Position numbers and translations under genes: made by a program. This document shows, one piece after another, positions 49,719-60,972 of a DNA stretch of 64,000 nt. The stretch covers positions 506,274-570,273 of the forward strand of contig NW_015162514.1 of assembly GCF_001447785.1 (NCBI RefSeq). The letters are read 5' to 3'. The DNA comes from Gekko japonicus (Eukaryota). Under the pieces are notes generated by a model. The model searched no databases. It saw nothing but the letters and a program-made list of their open reading frames with translations, and was not told the DNA's origin. Numbering within the stretch: the stretch's first letter is position 1; every line of letters begins with the position of its first letter.

Positions 49719-50505
49719 GTAAGTTGCTGTTTCTTCTTTCTGTTGAGACGAGCAGGGCTCTGGCACAGAGGTGTCATGTTATGGGGGCAGTTACCGTGTG
49801 GTGTTCCACCGCCACATTCATAGCACAGGCGTGGCTCCAGTGTTAACCTGGCATGCCGCGTCTGTCGCCTCAAGTCGACGGGCCTCTTTGTTAAAAGATT
49901 CAGGCACTGTGTTAAATGGTAAGAGAGCTTTCAGCCTTCACGCACGCAACCCTTTGCTTTTTCCTTCCTTGAATCCTGCCCGCTCGATCCCTTTTCGGCG
50001 GAGGTTGCTATGGGATTGTTATTTCTGTGTATGAACGTATGAGCAGCCGTGCTGAATCCAAGCAGTGGTTCGGCATTCAGTTTCCAAAACAGGCGCCCTG
50101 TGTGCGCTCACAAACAGGATCTGAGGGCAGCTGCCATCTCCTGCTTGTCTGTAGTGCACAAAGGTACACTGCCTTTGAACATGGAGTTTCTCCTGCACTA
50201 TCTTGGTTTTGTGCTGCTGACAAGGAGTGGGGTGGGAAGGGCTCGTCCAGCACAATTATTTTATTTGAAAAATGGTTAGACGAAACAGTCCTTTTAATAC
50301 ACACAGTGATGCAAAATTTAATTGTCTTGCTTCTCGGAATGGGTTGGTTTTTGATAAGCAAAATGACAAAAGATAAACCTGTGAAACTGACGTGACGTAA
50401 AAGTAGTTCTAAAAGCCATTCGTATTTCTGCTGTCTGAACTGTGTGGTGCTGTCTTGAAGGAGAACCTCTTTTGACTCTTCTTTTCTGTACTCTTTTGAT
50501 CAAAG

Positions 50506-50527
50506 GGTAGCCTCTGAGGGTAAGTGA
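50506..50527 (+). CDS. CCNL2: Alternative exon of short (beta-type) cyclin L2, ending (W)VASEGK*
   Basis: Long pyrimidine tract then caaag|G GTA GCC TCT GAG GGT AAG TGA; same C-terminus as the short human isoform as recalled; internal donor G|GTAAGT after 50519. Confidence 0.85.
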
Positions 50528-50937
50528 CTAAGACTTCTCCTCTGCTGCCCACTCGCTCTGGTGCAGGGATAACTGCCGTCTTCAGTCAAACCAAAGCAGG
50601 CTCCGCAGAGAGAAGGCTGGCTCTAGACAGGTGGTATACGTACACTAGTAGAGTTAAACACTGGCCGACTTCCGCTTGTGATTTCTGTTTCCCAACTTGA
50701 TAAAAAAAAAGTTTTATTTGCACACTTTACAGATAAGTCTGAATCTTGAATGCATTTATTGTTGAGATGACTGATGCTGTGTTTTATGTCTTTAGAATGC
50801 AAAAAAAGTTCATTAAATTGGATTTTAAATTATTGGGTGGAAGGTGGGGGGGAGATTTGAGTTCCATAAATGCCGGTTATTGCACCTAACTTAAAATTTT
50901 GTCACTCGGATGAATGTTTTTGAAAATTCAGTGTTGC

Positions 50938-50943
50938 AATAAA
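50938..50943 (+). terminator. CCNL2: Candidate intronic poly(A) signal for the short CCNL2 isoform
   Basis: AATAAA about 410 nt after the VASEGK stop, with GT/T-rich sequence downstream. Confidence 0.55.
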
Positions 50944-52606
50944 GAGCTTTATATGTTAAGTGTTCTTATCCCCAAATCGCACAGCGCTAAATTTCTCACA
51001 CTGTACTTTTAAAACTCAAGGGGACAAGATCTGATAAACCTGTTTCCACATGTCTGGTGTCCCCATGCCTTTCAGCAGACTGCTTTGGCAATGGGAGATT
51101 TCCAGAGTTAGCCTGATGCATTGTGGGGATCAGCTGTCTCGGGGGGAGGAGGAGTTCCTTTGCACTCAAGTAGCTCTTGGGATCCTGTGGGCAGCAATCT
51201 GCTGGAGAAAATAAGGAACTAGCAGAAAAGCCTTGGTTACGGAAGCATTTGTTGCAGAGAGGCTAGCAAGTATTTGAGCAACCTGAAAACATTCTAAAGA
51301 ACTGTCTGTCTTGAATGCCTAGCCTGATGCCCTATGTCCCAGCACAGGTGGGCTACTCAGAAGTGGAATCTAAACTATTAGTCATTCTGTAATTCGTCAT
51401 TCTGCCATTTTGGAAGTCAGAGGGCATCCACTTCCATCTATTTAACAGTCTTCTTAAATTTCTCTAGCAAGATTGGAAATAATATTTCAAACCCTTCAGC
51501 TTTGTTCAGTTAAGGAACAAGCAGTGGTGGATACCCCAAACCATCTGTTGTTTGACTTGCCTCCCTTGCAACACATCACATAGCAGCTGTTCCAGTTGTC
51601 TGTGCATGGCTTGACTTTAGGCAACTGAGACACATAGTTTGGGGGTCACCCGATGTTAATTCAGTCATTGCACATCTGATGCTCATAATGCATCTCCGAG
51701 GGTCATCTCCGGCTCATAGATGCTTCTGTTCTGGGTCATGCTTTAATTATTGTCTGATGTGCTGCTTGGACAGTAGATTTTTCCTAGAAAATAATCTCTG
51801 CCTTCTGGGATCTTGCACACACTTTAGCTGCAAAAAAAGAAAAAAAGAATCTGTATTTTCAGACGTCCTTTCAGGGGAGAAATGTGTAAACCGTACTGAC
51901 TGTGAGTCATGTGCAATATTTTTGCAGTTGCCTCATTCTGTGAACACTGAGTTTAAGAAACGTTGTTACTTTGGGGCAATCTGGAAGCGATCCAGCGCCG
52001 AGCCAGTGGAAGAAAGCTGCGTGAACATGGGGGTCTTCAGCTGCAGCGCTACCATAACATCCGGATTGAACTTCTGGCTCTGAAGGGATTTATGTGGCCG
52101 TGTGTATCCTGGAAAACGGCCCTGTCGGAAAGCTGTAGAAGAGACCAACTGGATCCCAAAGAATCCTCCATTCGGATCTGCAGCTGCAGATTATCCACCT
52201 TGAGCCTGCATGCGGCTCTCTTTGATGGGATGAAGCCTCGAGTTTGATAAGATTTCTTCAAATATGCTACACATTGTGTCTGAATTTTTTTATATATATA
52301 TAGACGTTGTTTTGCATGAGAACAGGCCAGTAGATCACAACAGGGAGAAAAGTAAAGTTAAAATTGGTTCTCTTTCACAAATTCCCGCCAGGCAGTTGAT
52401 ATATTCCCAAGAGGCACCCTTCCCTGGAAGGAAGCTTTCTTTTCTAACCTGTCAGATTTCACAGGGTTATCTAGACTTCAGATGTAGCCGTAGAACACCT
52501 AGATAACTAGCTACAATAGAGAAAAAGACAAACAAACCTAGTAGAGTCAGAGCAGGGTTCTGTCCGACTGCTACAACTCCTGCTGTCACTGCTTTTGTCA
52601 TCTTAG

Positions 52607-52706
52607 GAACTATATGAATGACAGCCTACGGACGGACGTCTTTGTGAGGTTCCACCCTGAGAGCATTGCCTGTGCCTGCATCTACCTGGCGGCTAGGACC
52701 CTAGAG
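52607..52706 (+). CDS. CCNL2: Cyclin L2 exon 6
   Basis: cttag|[33 protein letters not shown]|GTTGGT. Confidence 0.97.
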
Positions 52707-53581
52707 GTTGGTCTTGGTTTGACTTTTTGTTCTTTATATCGAAAATCTCCTCAATGAATAAATGGCTCCCGTACTGTCCAGCTCCTCCTGTTACGACCCT
52801 GTTCTGAAATCCTGCAGTTTGTGCCCCATGTGCAGCGATGAAGAGTGTGGTAACTAGAGACCAGGCATTTTCCAGCAGTGGCACCTGCTGCCCAGCCAGC
52901 TCTGCCATACTGTCCTTTAGGTGCCAAGCTGAAACCCTGTTTTTTACCCAGGATTTTAACTGAGGAGTTCTGTGTTTTAAGCTGTTCTTTTCCTGGGCTG
53001 CTTCTACTCTGAACTCTGTATTACAAATATAGTGTTAGGCAGAGGAATGTTTTAAGCCACTTTTATGGCCCAGCTATGTAGACAGTACAGATCACCCATC
53101 TTATTTAAGTAATTTGCTGATCTTCTTTTATTATTAAAACCCTTTTCATTCTATGTAAGCTCATTCTCCCCCCCCCCCCCAATCCACAGTCTATGAAAAT
53201 GTCCTAAATAACTGGGAAACGTCTCTTGCAAAGAGAGAGGGAATTCCCAGGATGAGGAGAATATTTTTTCCTTCTTTTTGGGTGGTGTTAGAAAAGAGAC
53301 GACTAAGGGAAACATGATAGATGTTTATAAAATTATGCATGGGGTAGACAGAGTTGACAAAGAGAATTTTTTCTCCCTCCTGAAACACTAGAACTCGAGG
53401 GGATCCAATGAAACTGCTGGGCGGTAGATTTTGGGTCTTCTGGGAAATTCCTTAATTCCCTCACCTCCTCTTTGGCTACAGTCAGTAAAAGGCTAATTCA
53501 GTTCAGCAACGGGTGCCTTAAGTATTAGAGGTAACGGTTGATGGATAACTGATAGCGATGGCTGTCCCCTTCTGCTTACAG

Positions 53582-53686
53582 ATACCACTTCCAAGTCGCC
53601 CTCACTGGTTTCTACTCTTTGGAGCAACTGAAGAGGAGATTCAGGAGATCTGCATAAAAATCTTGCAGCTCTATACACGGAAAAAG
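53582..53686 (+). CDS. CCNL2: Cyclin L2 exon 7
   Basis: tacag|[35 protein letters not shown]|GTGTGC. Confidence 0.97.
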
Positions 53687-55160
53687 GTGTGCTGCTTCTG
53701 AGGCCGCAGGATTTCCCGTTGCTTGGGATGGGGTGGCGAAGAGAAAGCGAGAGTGCTTTTGTGTTTCTGTGCACTGGGGCACCTGAGGTTCTCTTGCCCC
53801 CGTTTTGGTTTTATACATTAGTTCCTAATTGTGCCTTAAACTCGTGACCAGTGTTCCCTCTAAGCTGAGTTAGTGTGAGCTAGCTCACCGTTTTTTAGCC
53901 TCTGGTTCACAGGTTTTTGTCTTCGCTCAGGAAGGATGGCTCCAGAGCAAACCAAGTTATACAGTAGCCAAATTGCTCGCTCACAACTTTAATGCCGGTA
54001 GCTCACAAAGTAGAATTTTTGCTCACGAGACTCCACAGCTTAGAGGGAGCACTGCTCATGACTGTCCTATGCTGCATTCCAAAAGTTGACACGGTGCACT
54101 CATGCCATGGGTATAACATTGCCCAGCCTCCTGCCCTGTGAATTATATCTATCGAGGCTGCTGGAAAGAAGCCAACAAGATCGGCTAACCCTGCTGCCCA
54201 AAGTAGAATTTTTGCTCACGAGACTCCACAGCTTAGAGGGAGCACTGCTCATGACTGTCCTATGCTGCATTCTAAAAGTTGACATGGTGCACTCATACCA
54301 TGGGTATAACATTGCCCAACCTCTTGCCCTGTTAATTATATCTACCGAGATCTGCCCAACTGCTCCCTGCCACCATAAGTTGCGTACGCTATGAAGTGGG
54401 TGAGTTATGAATGCAGTTCCCCTGATCTGCCTTTCTGTCCATCTCCCTCACCATAATTGGTGAAAAAAATCTCCATGGGGTATGGTAGTTACTTTGCAAG
54501 TATAGTCTGCTTTGAGCCTCTGTTGTGTCTCTTGCAAGCTGTGCTGAGTTTGGGTGCCAAGCCAGCTTGGTGTCGTGGTTAAGAGCAGCGGACTCTAATC
54601 TGGAGAACTGGGTTCGATTCCCTACTCTTCCATATGAAGCCGGCTGGCTGGCCTTGGGTCCGTCACAGTTCTCTCCGCCCCCCCCCCAAAAAAAACCCAC
54701 CTAAGCTTGCCACAAAAAGAGCTAGAGTTTCAGACTGCCAGACATCTTCGGATCTCCTGGCTATACTACACCCACAGGCATGCAATAATAATTACCATTA
54801 TTGTGCTGGGTTACTCCTTTTGAGAACACGCAGCTGTATTGTGGATATTCTTTCCTTCCCTTCTTTTGCCTGTAGTATTGTAAGCGTGCAGGTTAGAGCA
54901 GTTGCGTTCAGTGTTCCCTCTAATCTGAGTCAGTGTGAGCTGGCTCACAGTTTTTTAGCCTCCGGTTCACACATTTTTGTCTTCACTCAGGACGGATGGC
55001 TCCAGAGCAAACTATGCAGCAGACAAATTGCTCACTCACAACTTTAATGTCAGTAGCTCACAAAGTAGAATCTTTGCTCACAGGACTCCACAGCTTAGAG
55101 GGAGCATTGGTTGCGCTTGTCAGATGTTATATAAACATTCCCCCCTCCTTTTGTTTTCAG

Positions 55161-55302
55161 GTGGATTTGGCTGTCTTAGAAAGCAGAGTAGAGAAGAAGA
55201 AGCTGGCCATCGAGGAGGCCAAAGCCCAGGCAAAAGGCCTGTTACCTGAAGGAACGCCCAATTTGGATACTGTATCAGGATTTTCTCCTGCCCCCAAAAC
55301 TG
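55161..55302 (+). CDS. CCNL2: Cyclin L2 exon 8
   Basis: ttcag|[31 protein letters not shown]...GFSPAPKT G|GTTGGT, phase 1. Confidence 0.95.
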
Positions 55303-56004
55303 GTTGGTATCACTGTGAAACCCGTGCATGCGCCTTAGATGCATGACTGACAGAGGCCGGATCCGCACACACAGTGCAGTGAAAGCTGTGATTCAGTCTG
55401 AGAGTCAGGGTTTTGCCTTGCCCCCCTCATAACAGAAGAGCGTGAGCCCGGACTTAAAACGTGAGCTCGTTGATTCCTGACTGCTGTTCCATCACTTAGA
55501 ACAGAACAAAAGATCAGAGTCCAATTTTCCTTTCTGTATGCGAGGGGTGGACCTCACTTTGGACCTCACTTAACAATAAATGTTGGCACAAATCCTCCTT
55601 GCTGTATTGCATCAGTCGAAGTCTGCTTGCTTATCCTTATGATACAGATCTTTTTTTAAAAAAAGAAGGCGAATGTCATATATGCTGACTGCCATGTACC
55701 TGAAATGTGGTGCAAGGTGTACAAGATAAATGTTAACTTGGTTGACGCCTTGTTTAAACTTGGCCTTCACTTATGATGCATTCACCATTGGTGTGCCGGT
55801 GCTTTGCCTTCCCAGCATGGCGTTTGAGTGGCTCTTTGCTTATTAATGCTCTTGACCTGCTGCTTAATAGGGTTTTTGTCCCGGACGGGGAAACTCAGCC
55901 TCCTGAACGCCCTGGTCCTAGAGACCGTTCAAACAGTGAAGCGTAAATGCAGCTTTCCTAGTTAACAACCGGCTGGATTCTCTTTCCTCCTCCTCCTCCT
56001 CCAG

Positions 56005-56122
56005 AATCTCCGAAATAAAATAAAGGCACCAAGCCTTCCCCGCTCGCCGTGCAGGCGATCAAAAACACCAAGAGGAAAATGGAAGGGATGAAAAGAGTCA
56101 AGTCAAACAGCCCGGTCAATGG
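56005..56122 (+). CDS. CCNL2: Cyclin L2 exon 9, with in-frame TAA at 56016-56018 in this assembly
   Basis: ccag|[38 protein letters not shown](G)|GTAAGG; phases match exons 8 and 10. Confidence 0.92.
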
Positions 56123-56818
56123 GTAAGGCCTTGGGGGGGAGGGTTGAGCACTTCCGCAGAAATGCCAGCTTGTGGCGGGGGAGTAGGAGCTTTCAGAACG
56201 GCAGGATGGGAGCCTGTAGGCATTTATTTATTTAAAACATCTTAATGCCACCTTTCCACCCACTCAGGGTCCCCATGGCATACCTTTCCCATATGGCACC
56301 GATACACGCTCTCTGGCACAGTAAAGCTCTGGATTAGAAGCCTCCCGATTATCTCTTACTCTGGCATGCACCAGAGTGTTGCAATGGGCTTCCTTTCCAA
56401 AAGTGCCACCACTGCAGTCGTTTGTCCAGAGCCCAGATAAGAGTCTCGAGATCTGCTTCCGATAACATTCGTTCTGACTCTATAGCAGCTTTGCTGTGAT
56501 GAAATCATTTGACATGGGTTGATCCCTACGCGTTGCACTTCTTTTGACTACCCGTTCTGCGCAGCACCCAGCCCTGCCTGTGCAGGGGCCATTTAGCCAT
56601 AGAGGAGCTTTTTGGAGCCCCATTTGTTTCGCACGTCAGTCTCTCTCCTGTTGACGTTCCATGGGCCGGCTCCAAAGAGGCCCTTCAGCTCGCAGAAGAG
56701 CCCTTTTGCAGCTTGTACAGGAAAGACAGAACACGCACCTGTTCTAACAGACGGAAGCATCAGAACTGCTGTAGAGTTCTGCCTGTTCAGACTCCCAAGA
56801 AGTTCGGGCAACTGCTAA

Positions 56819-57048
56819 TAGAACAGCTAGATTTGAGTCCCGCAGGACCTTAGAGACCAACAAGATTTTCAGGGATTTTCTCAAAAGTCAATGTTCTCTT
56901 TGTCAGAGCTAATCTGATGAAATCTCAAAAGTCAGTGTTCTCTTTGTCAGAGCTAATCTGATGAAAGGAGTATTTACTTTTGAAAGCCTGATACCCCCAA
57001 AATCTTGTTAGTCTCTAAAGTGCCGCTGGACTCGACTGCAGCTGTCTT
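56819..57048. mobile_element. Penelope-like inverted terminal fragments in CCNL2 intron 9
   Basis: ttagagaccaacaagattt mirrored by aaatcttgttagtctctaa. Confidence 0.65.
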
Positions 57049-57957
57049 ACTGTACTCCTCTCTGCAAGTACTAGTAGAATATTTTGTCCTTCTCTTTGTT
57101 CTTTGGCTCCAACTTCGAAGGAAAATTGTGTAATTGGGGCCAAAAGGGGGGTCCACGGAGTTCAGCTGTCACTGGGGCATGTGTAGAGACAAGCATCATT
57201 GATTTTTGAATGTCTTCACCCCCCCCTTTTTGTGATTCAAAGGATCCTTTGCTAGTTGAGTTCTCATCTTTCCTGTGCTTTGAGGGCATCCTGGTATTTG
57301 GGGATTAGGGTCCATGATGCATATCAGCATTCCTGATTGCAACAGGCTAACAAAAGACATCTTCTCCCAGATGGTTCCCTGGTGGCTACTTTCTGGATAC
57401 TGCAGTCCTTGGGGCACCAGCACGTTAAAGCTCGGTTTGGTGTCTGGCTGTCCACGCAAGTTATACCTGCCTGCTATAACCAGGGCAAAAAGAATCGTTC
57501 AGCAAGAGGAGCTGAAGGCAGCCACTTGCATAAACTCTGCAGATTATCCTGACTTGCATACTTCTTGTCTTGGACAAATGCAGGTCTGCTAAAGCCTGCT
57601 TGTAGTTGTTGAATCTTACTCAGCCAGGCTCTGTTTCAAAATCGCAGTAGGCCTTCACATTTTTCAATGTACCTCCATGGCCAGGAAGGTAGAAACTGGC
57701 TCTTCAAAAGAAAGAAAGAAATTTGAGAATCGGTAGGAAACGTGGTCCCCTCTCTAATCTTCTGCTCTCAAGGTTTATGCGCTACCTGGACCGCAGCATG
57801 TATCAGCCTTACAATGGTACTGAGGAGAATGGTACCCTCATTCAGCCAGTGAGATTATTCCCAGCATTGCCAGGGCTTGCAGGCGTGTGACTGAGAAGGC
57901 CCCAGTGCACAGTGCCGCTTTACACCTAATGCTCTTGCTTTATTGTGTTCCTTGCAG

Positions 57958-58050
57958 TGTTCAGAAAGGCAGAGAGAGCAGGAGTCGGAGCGGAAGCAGA
58001 GACCCGAGTTATTCCCGGTCTCCTTCAAGGTCACCGACTCCGAAACAAAG
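57958..58050 (+). CDS. CCNL2: Cyclin L2 exon 10 (start of RS domain)
   Basis: tgcag|VQKGRESRSRSGSRDPSYSRSPSRSPTPKQ|GTAGGT. Confidence 0.95.
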
Positions 58051-58770
58051 GTAGGTGCCCGGCTGCTGCGCGGGAAGGCTGCGGACGTAACAGAAAGCAG
58101 AGCTGAGAAGAGTGTGCCCACACACACACACACACACCCCGAAGAACTCCATCTTCATGCCCAAACAGGAAAGAGCGTCCTGCCTGCTGGCCCCTCTGCA
58201 AATGTTGTAGCATGACCAGGACTCTCACCTTTCAGATGTTTAGGCAACTAAAAAGGTCCAGGCTGTTTGCGTCTTCTGTTAGTCCAGATGTGAAAAGACA
58301 AGGAGAAATGTAATGTCTCCTTTCATTGGACTGGCTCAAACACACCTCACGCTTTCACACATGCTAAATAATGCGGTTTCAATCCAGTTCAGCGACTGTT
58401 TGCGAGTAAAATCCAGTTAAGTGCATTGACAGTGGATTGAAAGTGTATTATTTAGTGTGTGTGAAAGCATCCACCCTTTGTGATACAGTCGTGCCAGAGG
58501 TATATTATCCAGACTGCTGATGTACAAATACGCAGGGTGTCAGAGGCCAGAGCAGTAGTGATTTGGAGCGGGGCTTTACCTGAAGTGTGTGCTCACCTGT
58601 GGTTTTAGCATTGTGGGGGACTGTTCTCATAGCAAGTCTGGCTTCTTCCCTTTGTCTTCTGACCATGTCAATACCATGATGTGCAGCATTAGGAATAGAA
58701 AGCATCCAGTAGGTTACCAGAGGCCGCTTTGTCCGGAAACATAACACCTGTTTTTTCCTTCCTCCGACAG

Positions 58771-59128
58771 GAAGAGCGAGAGCTATTCCCCCTCCAGTGG
58801 CTCCAAATCTCACAGTCGCTCAAGAAGCCGCAGCGATTCCCCCCCGCGGCAGTTCAACCACAGCAGCTCCAGCTACAAAAGCTCCAAGGTGAGGAGCTAC
58901 AAAAAGGCCCAGAGCTACAAGTACGCCTCTCCCAAGCAGCGGAAATCGCGCAGCAGGAGCTCCTCTCGGTCGCGGAGCCGCTCGCGGGAACGTTCAGACC
59001 ACTCCGGGAAATACAAGAAGAAGAGCCACTACTATAGGGATCAGCGGCCCGAACGGCCCCACTCGTACGAGAGGCCGAGCCACCGCTATGACAGGGACCA
59101 CCCCGGCCACAGCCGGCACCGGAGGTGA
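58771..59128 (+). CDS. CCNL2: Cyclin L2 exon 11 (RS domain; 549 codons in total if the exon 9 stop is ignored)
   Basis: gacag|[21 protein letters not shown]...[11 protein letters not shown]. Confidence 0.97.
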
Positions 59129-60161
59129 AGCGGTGCTGGTGAACGGCCAGAGGAAGCCCCTCTCTCTTCTTTCTGGATTTGTCAGGGAGCAAGTTGGCCT
59201 CTTGGTTGCAGTCGGAGGACTTGGAAACTCATCTCAGACTAGTTGTGTGCCAGTCCTGGCGCCAAGCCTCAAGGGATGATATTGAAATGGGCTTATTCTG
59301 GATAGTGTCTGTTTTGAGAATCCCTCTGTAGTTCTCTGGGGAGGTTGCCTTCCTTTCCTGGATCTTTCATCTGTTCTTACTCTCGGACTGGAGATGCTGC
59401 TATGCACTGTAGGAGTGGGGATCGTGTCCTGATACGGTTGGATTCTTTGGAGAGAGCTGCCTTCCCGCAGGCTGTTGACTTTGACGACTGACCTCCCTTT
59501 TCCCAAAGCATCTTGGAAGCACAGCCCTTGTGGCATTGCTTGGTGCTAACAGTAGTCTGTCTCTTTCTCTTTTGGGGTTTGTTTTGTTTTGTTCACAGCA
59601 GACACGATTGCGTTGTATAACACAAGGTGATATTTGATTTTCAGAAGCGATGCCTATATTAGGCAGGAATTTTTTTGTACATATACAACGTTGAACAGTA
59701 AGGACAGAGAAAGGCCTTAATATAACCCTTTAAACTTTAAATTGCAGATGCATTTTGGGGGGGGGAGCTTGCGACCTGCATATTGAATGTTGAGGACTTC
59801 AGATTCCTCAGCTGAAGACTTTGCTTTTTTCCCCCCCCTTTTGCATAAAGAACTCTGTGGAAATGTGAAAGAAGTATTTAGATTTTGTGCATTGGAAAGT
59901 GGTCTGTTTTATAAACTGGTGGAATGCCTGGTGCTGGCCACCAGCTCAGGACTTGGGCCATTTTCATATAATTATGTGGTTTAGATACTCTCTACTCAGG
60001 ATCTTAAAAAAGAAAAAAAAAAAGACGCTGAAAAACTGATCGCTTGTCCATGCTTTGCTTGCTTAAGAGAAGGTGTTTATGTTAAAAAAAACAAATGTAC
60101 ACGGCACAGGAATATCCGTTTTAGTGGTATTACCTGAGCTATTCTCCTGTTCCCCGGTTTC

Positions 60162-60167
60162 ATTAAA
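60162..60167 (+). terminator. CCNL2: Candidate distal CCNL2 poly(A) signal ATTAAA
   Basis: Ends a repeat-free, roughly 1-kb 3' UTR-like stretch with upstream TGTA motifs. Confidence 0.55.
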
Positions 60168-60622
60168 GTATTTGATTTTGTATTTAAACACGCTGCCTCC
60201 GTGTCCCACACTGGTCTAGACGATGTTCGCTAAAGGAATAGGGAACTGGACTTTTGAGTTAGGGCTGGGCAGCCTGGGTTCTTCTGGATATGAAGTTTCC
60301 CCTGATCCTGTGTGTGGTGCATCAGTGCCAAATGTGCCCTTGAGTCTGGCTGCCTGAACAATCTCTCTTTTTAAAGTAGCAGTGTTGACAGCCACGAGGA
60401 CTAGAAGGCTGGTGGTGCAATGCTGGGTGAATTCTGATGGGAAAACTCAATAAGGTTTCCTGGGAATGTCACTGCCCTCTGTTCATCGCTCCTTCCTAAG
60501 ACTGGCAAAACTAAGTGACGCCAACCAGTACAGAGTTTGTCTGCATTCATGCAGAACAAGCCGTGGATTCGGAATCCTGGCTTGTAGGCAAATGAACACC
60601 GTACCCCTGTCTGAGTTGAGTA

Positions 60623-60972
60623 CAGGGGTCCCTGACATGGTGCCCATGTGCACCATGGCACCTGTGTACCCCTTTCCTGGTGCCCACCAAGTGTTTTTAG
60701 AAAGTGGGCGGGGCTACTTGGGGCCCTTGCCCAGCAGGACTTCTGATTGATCGTGCAGATTAAAATAACATGGTTTCAGCGGCAGCTGCGATAACAGTGT
60801 TGGTTTTTATTCCTTCTCTCCACTGTGTTTTTTCAGTGATCCCTCTTGTGCATTTGGGCTTCCTCTTTATGTGTGGCCCTACCTCTTGCATCAGTCATTT
60901 TGTGGTTGCACCCACTACCCTGTCTTGGAAATAGAAAGGTGCACAAAGACTCAGAGGTTGGGGATCCCCCTG
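60623..60972. mobile_element. hAT-Charlie-like MITE
   Basis: CAGGGGTCCC / GGGGATCCCCTG termini; related partial copy at about 31430-31690. Confidence 0.65.

Noticed and set aside
41034-59128. Calling CCNL2 a pseudogene
   Set aside because: One lesion only; all splice sites, the promoter and downstream exons are intact.
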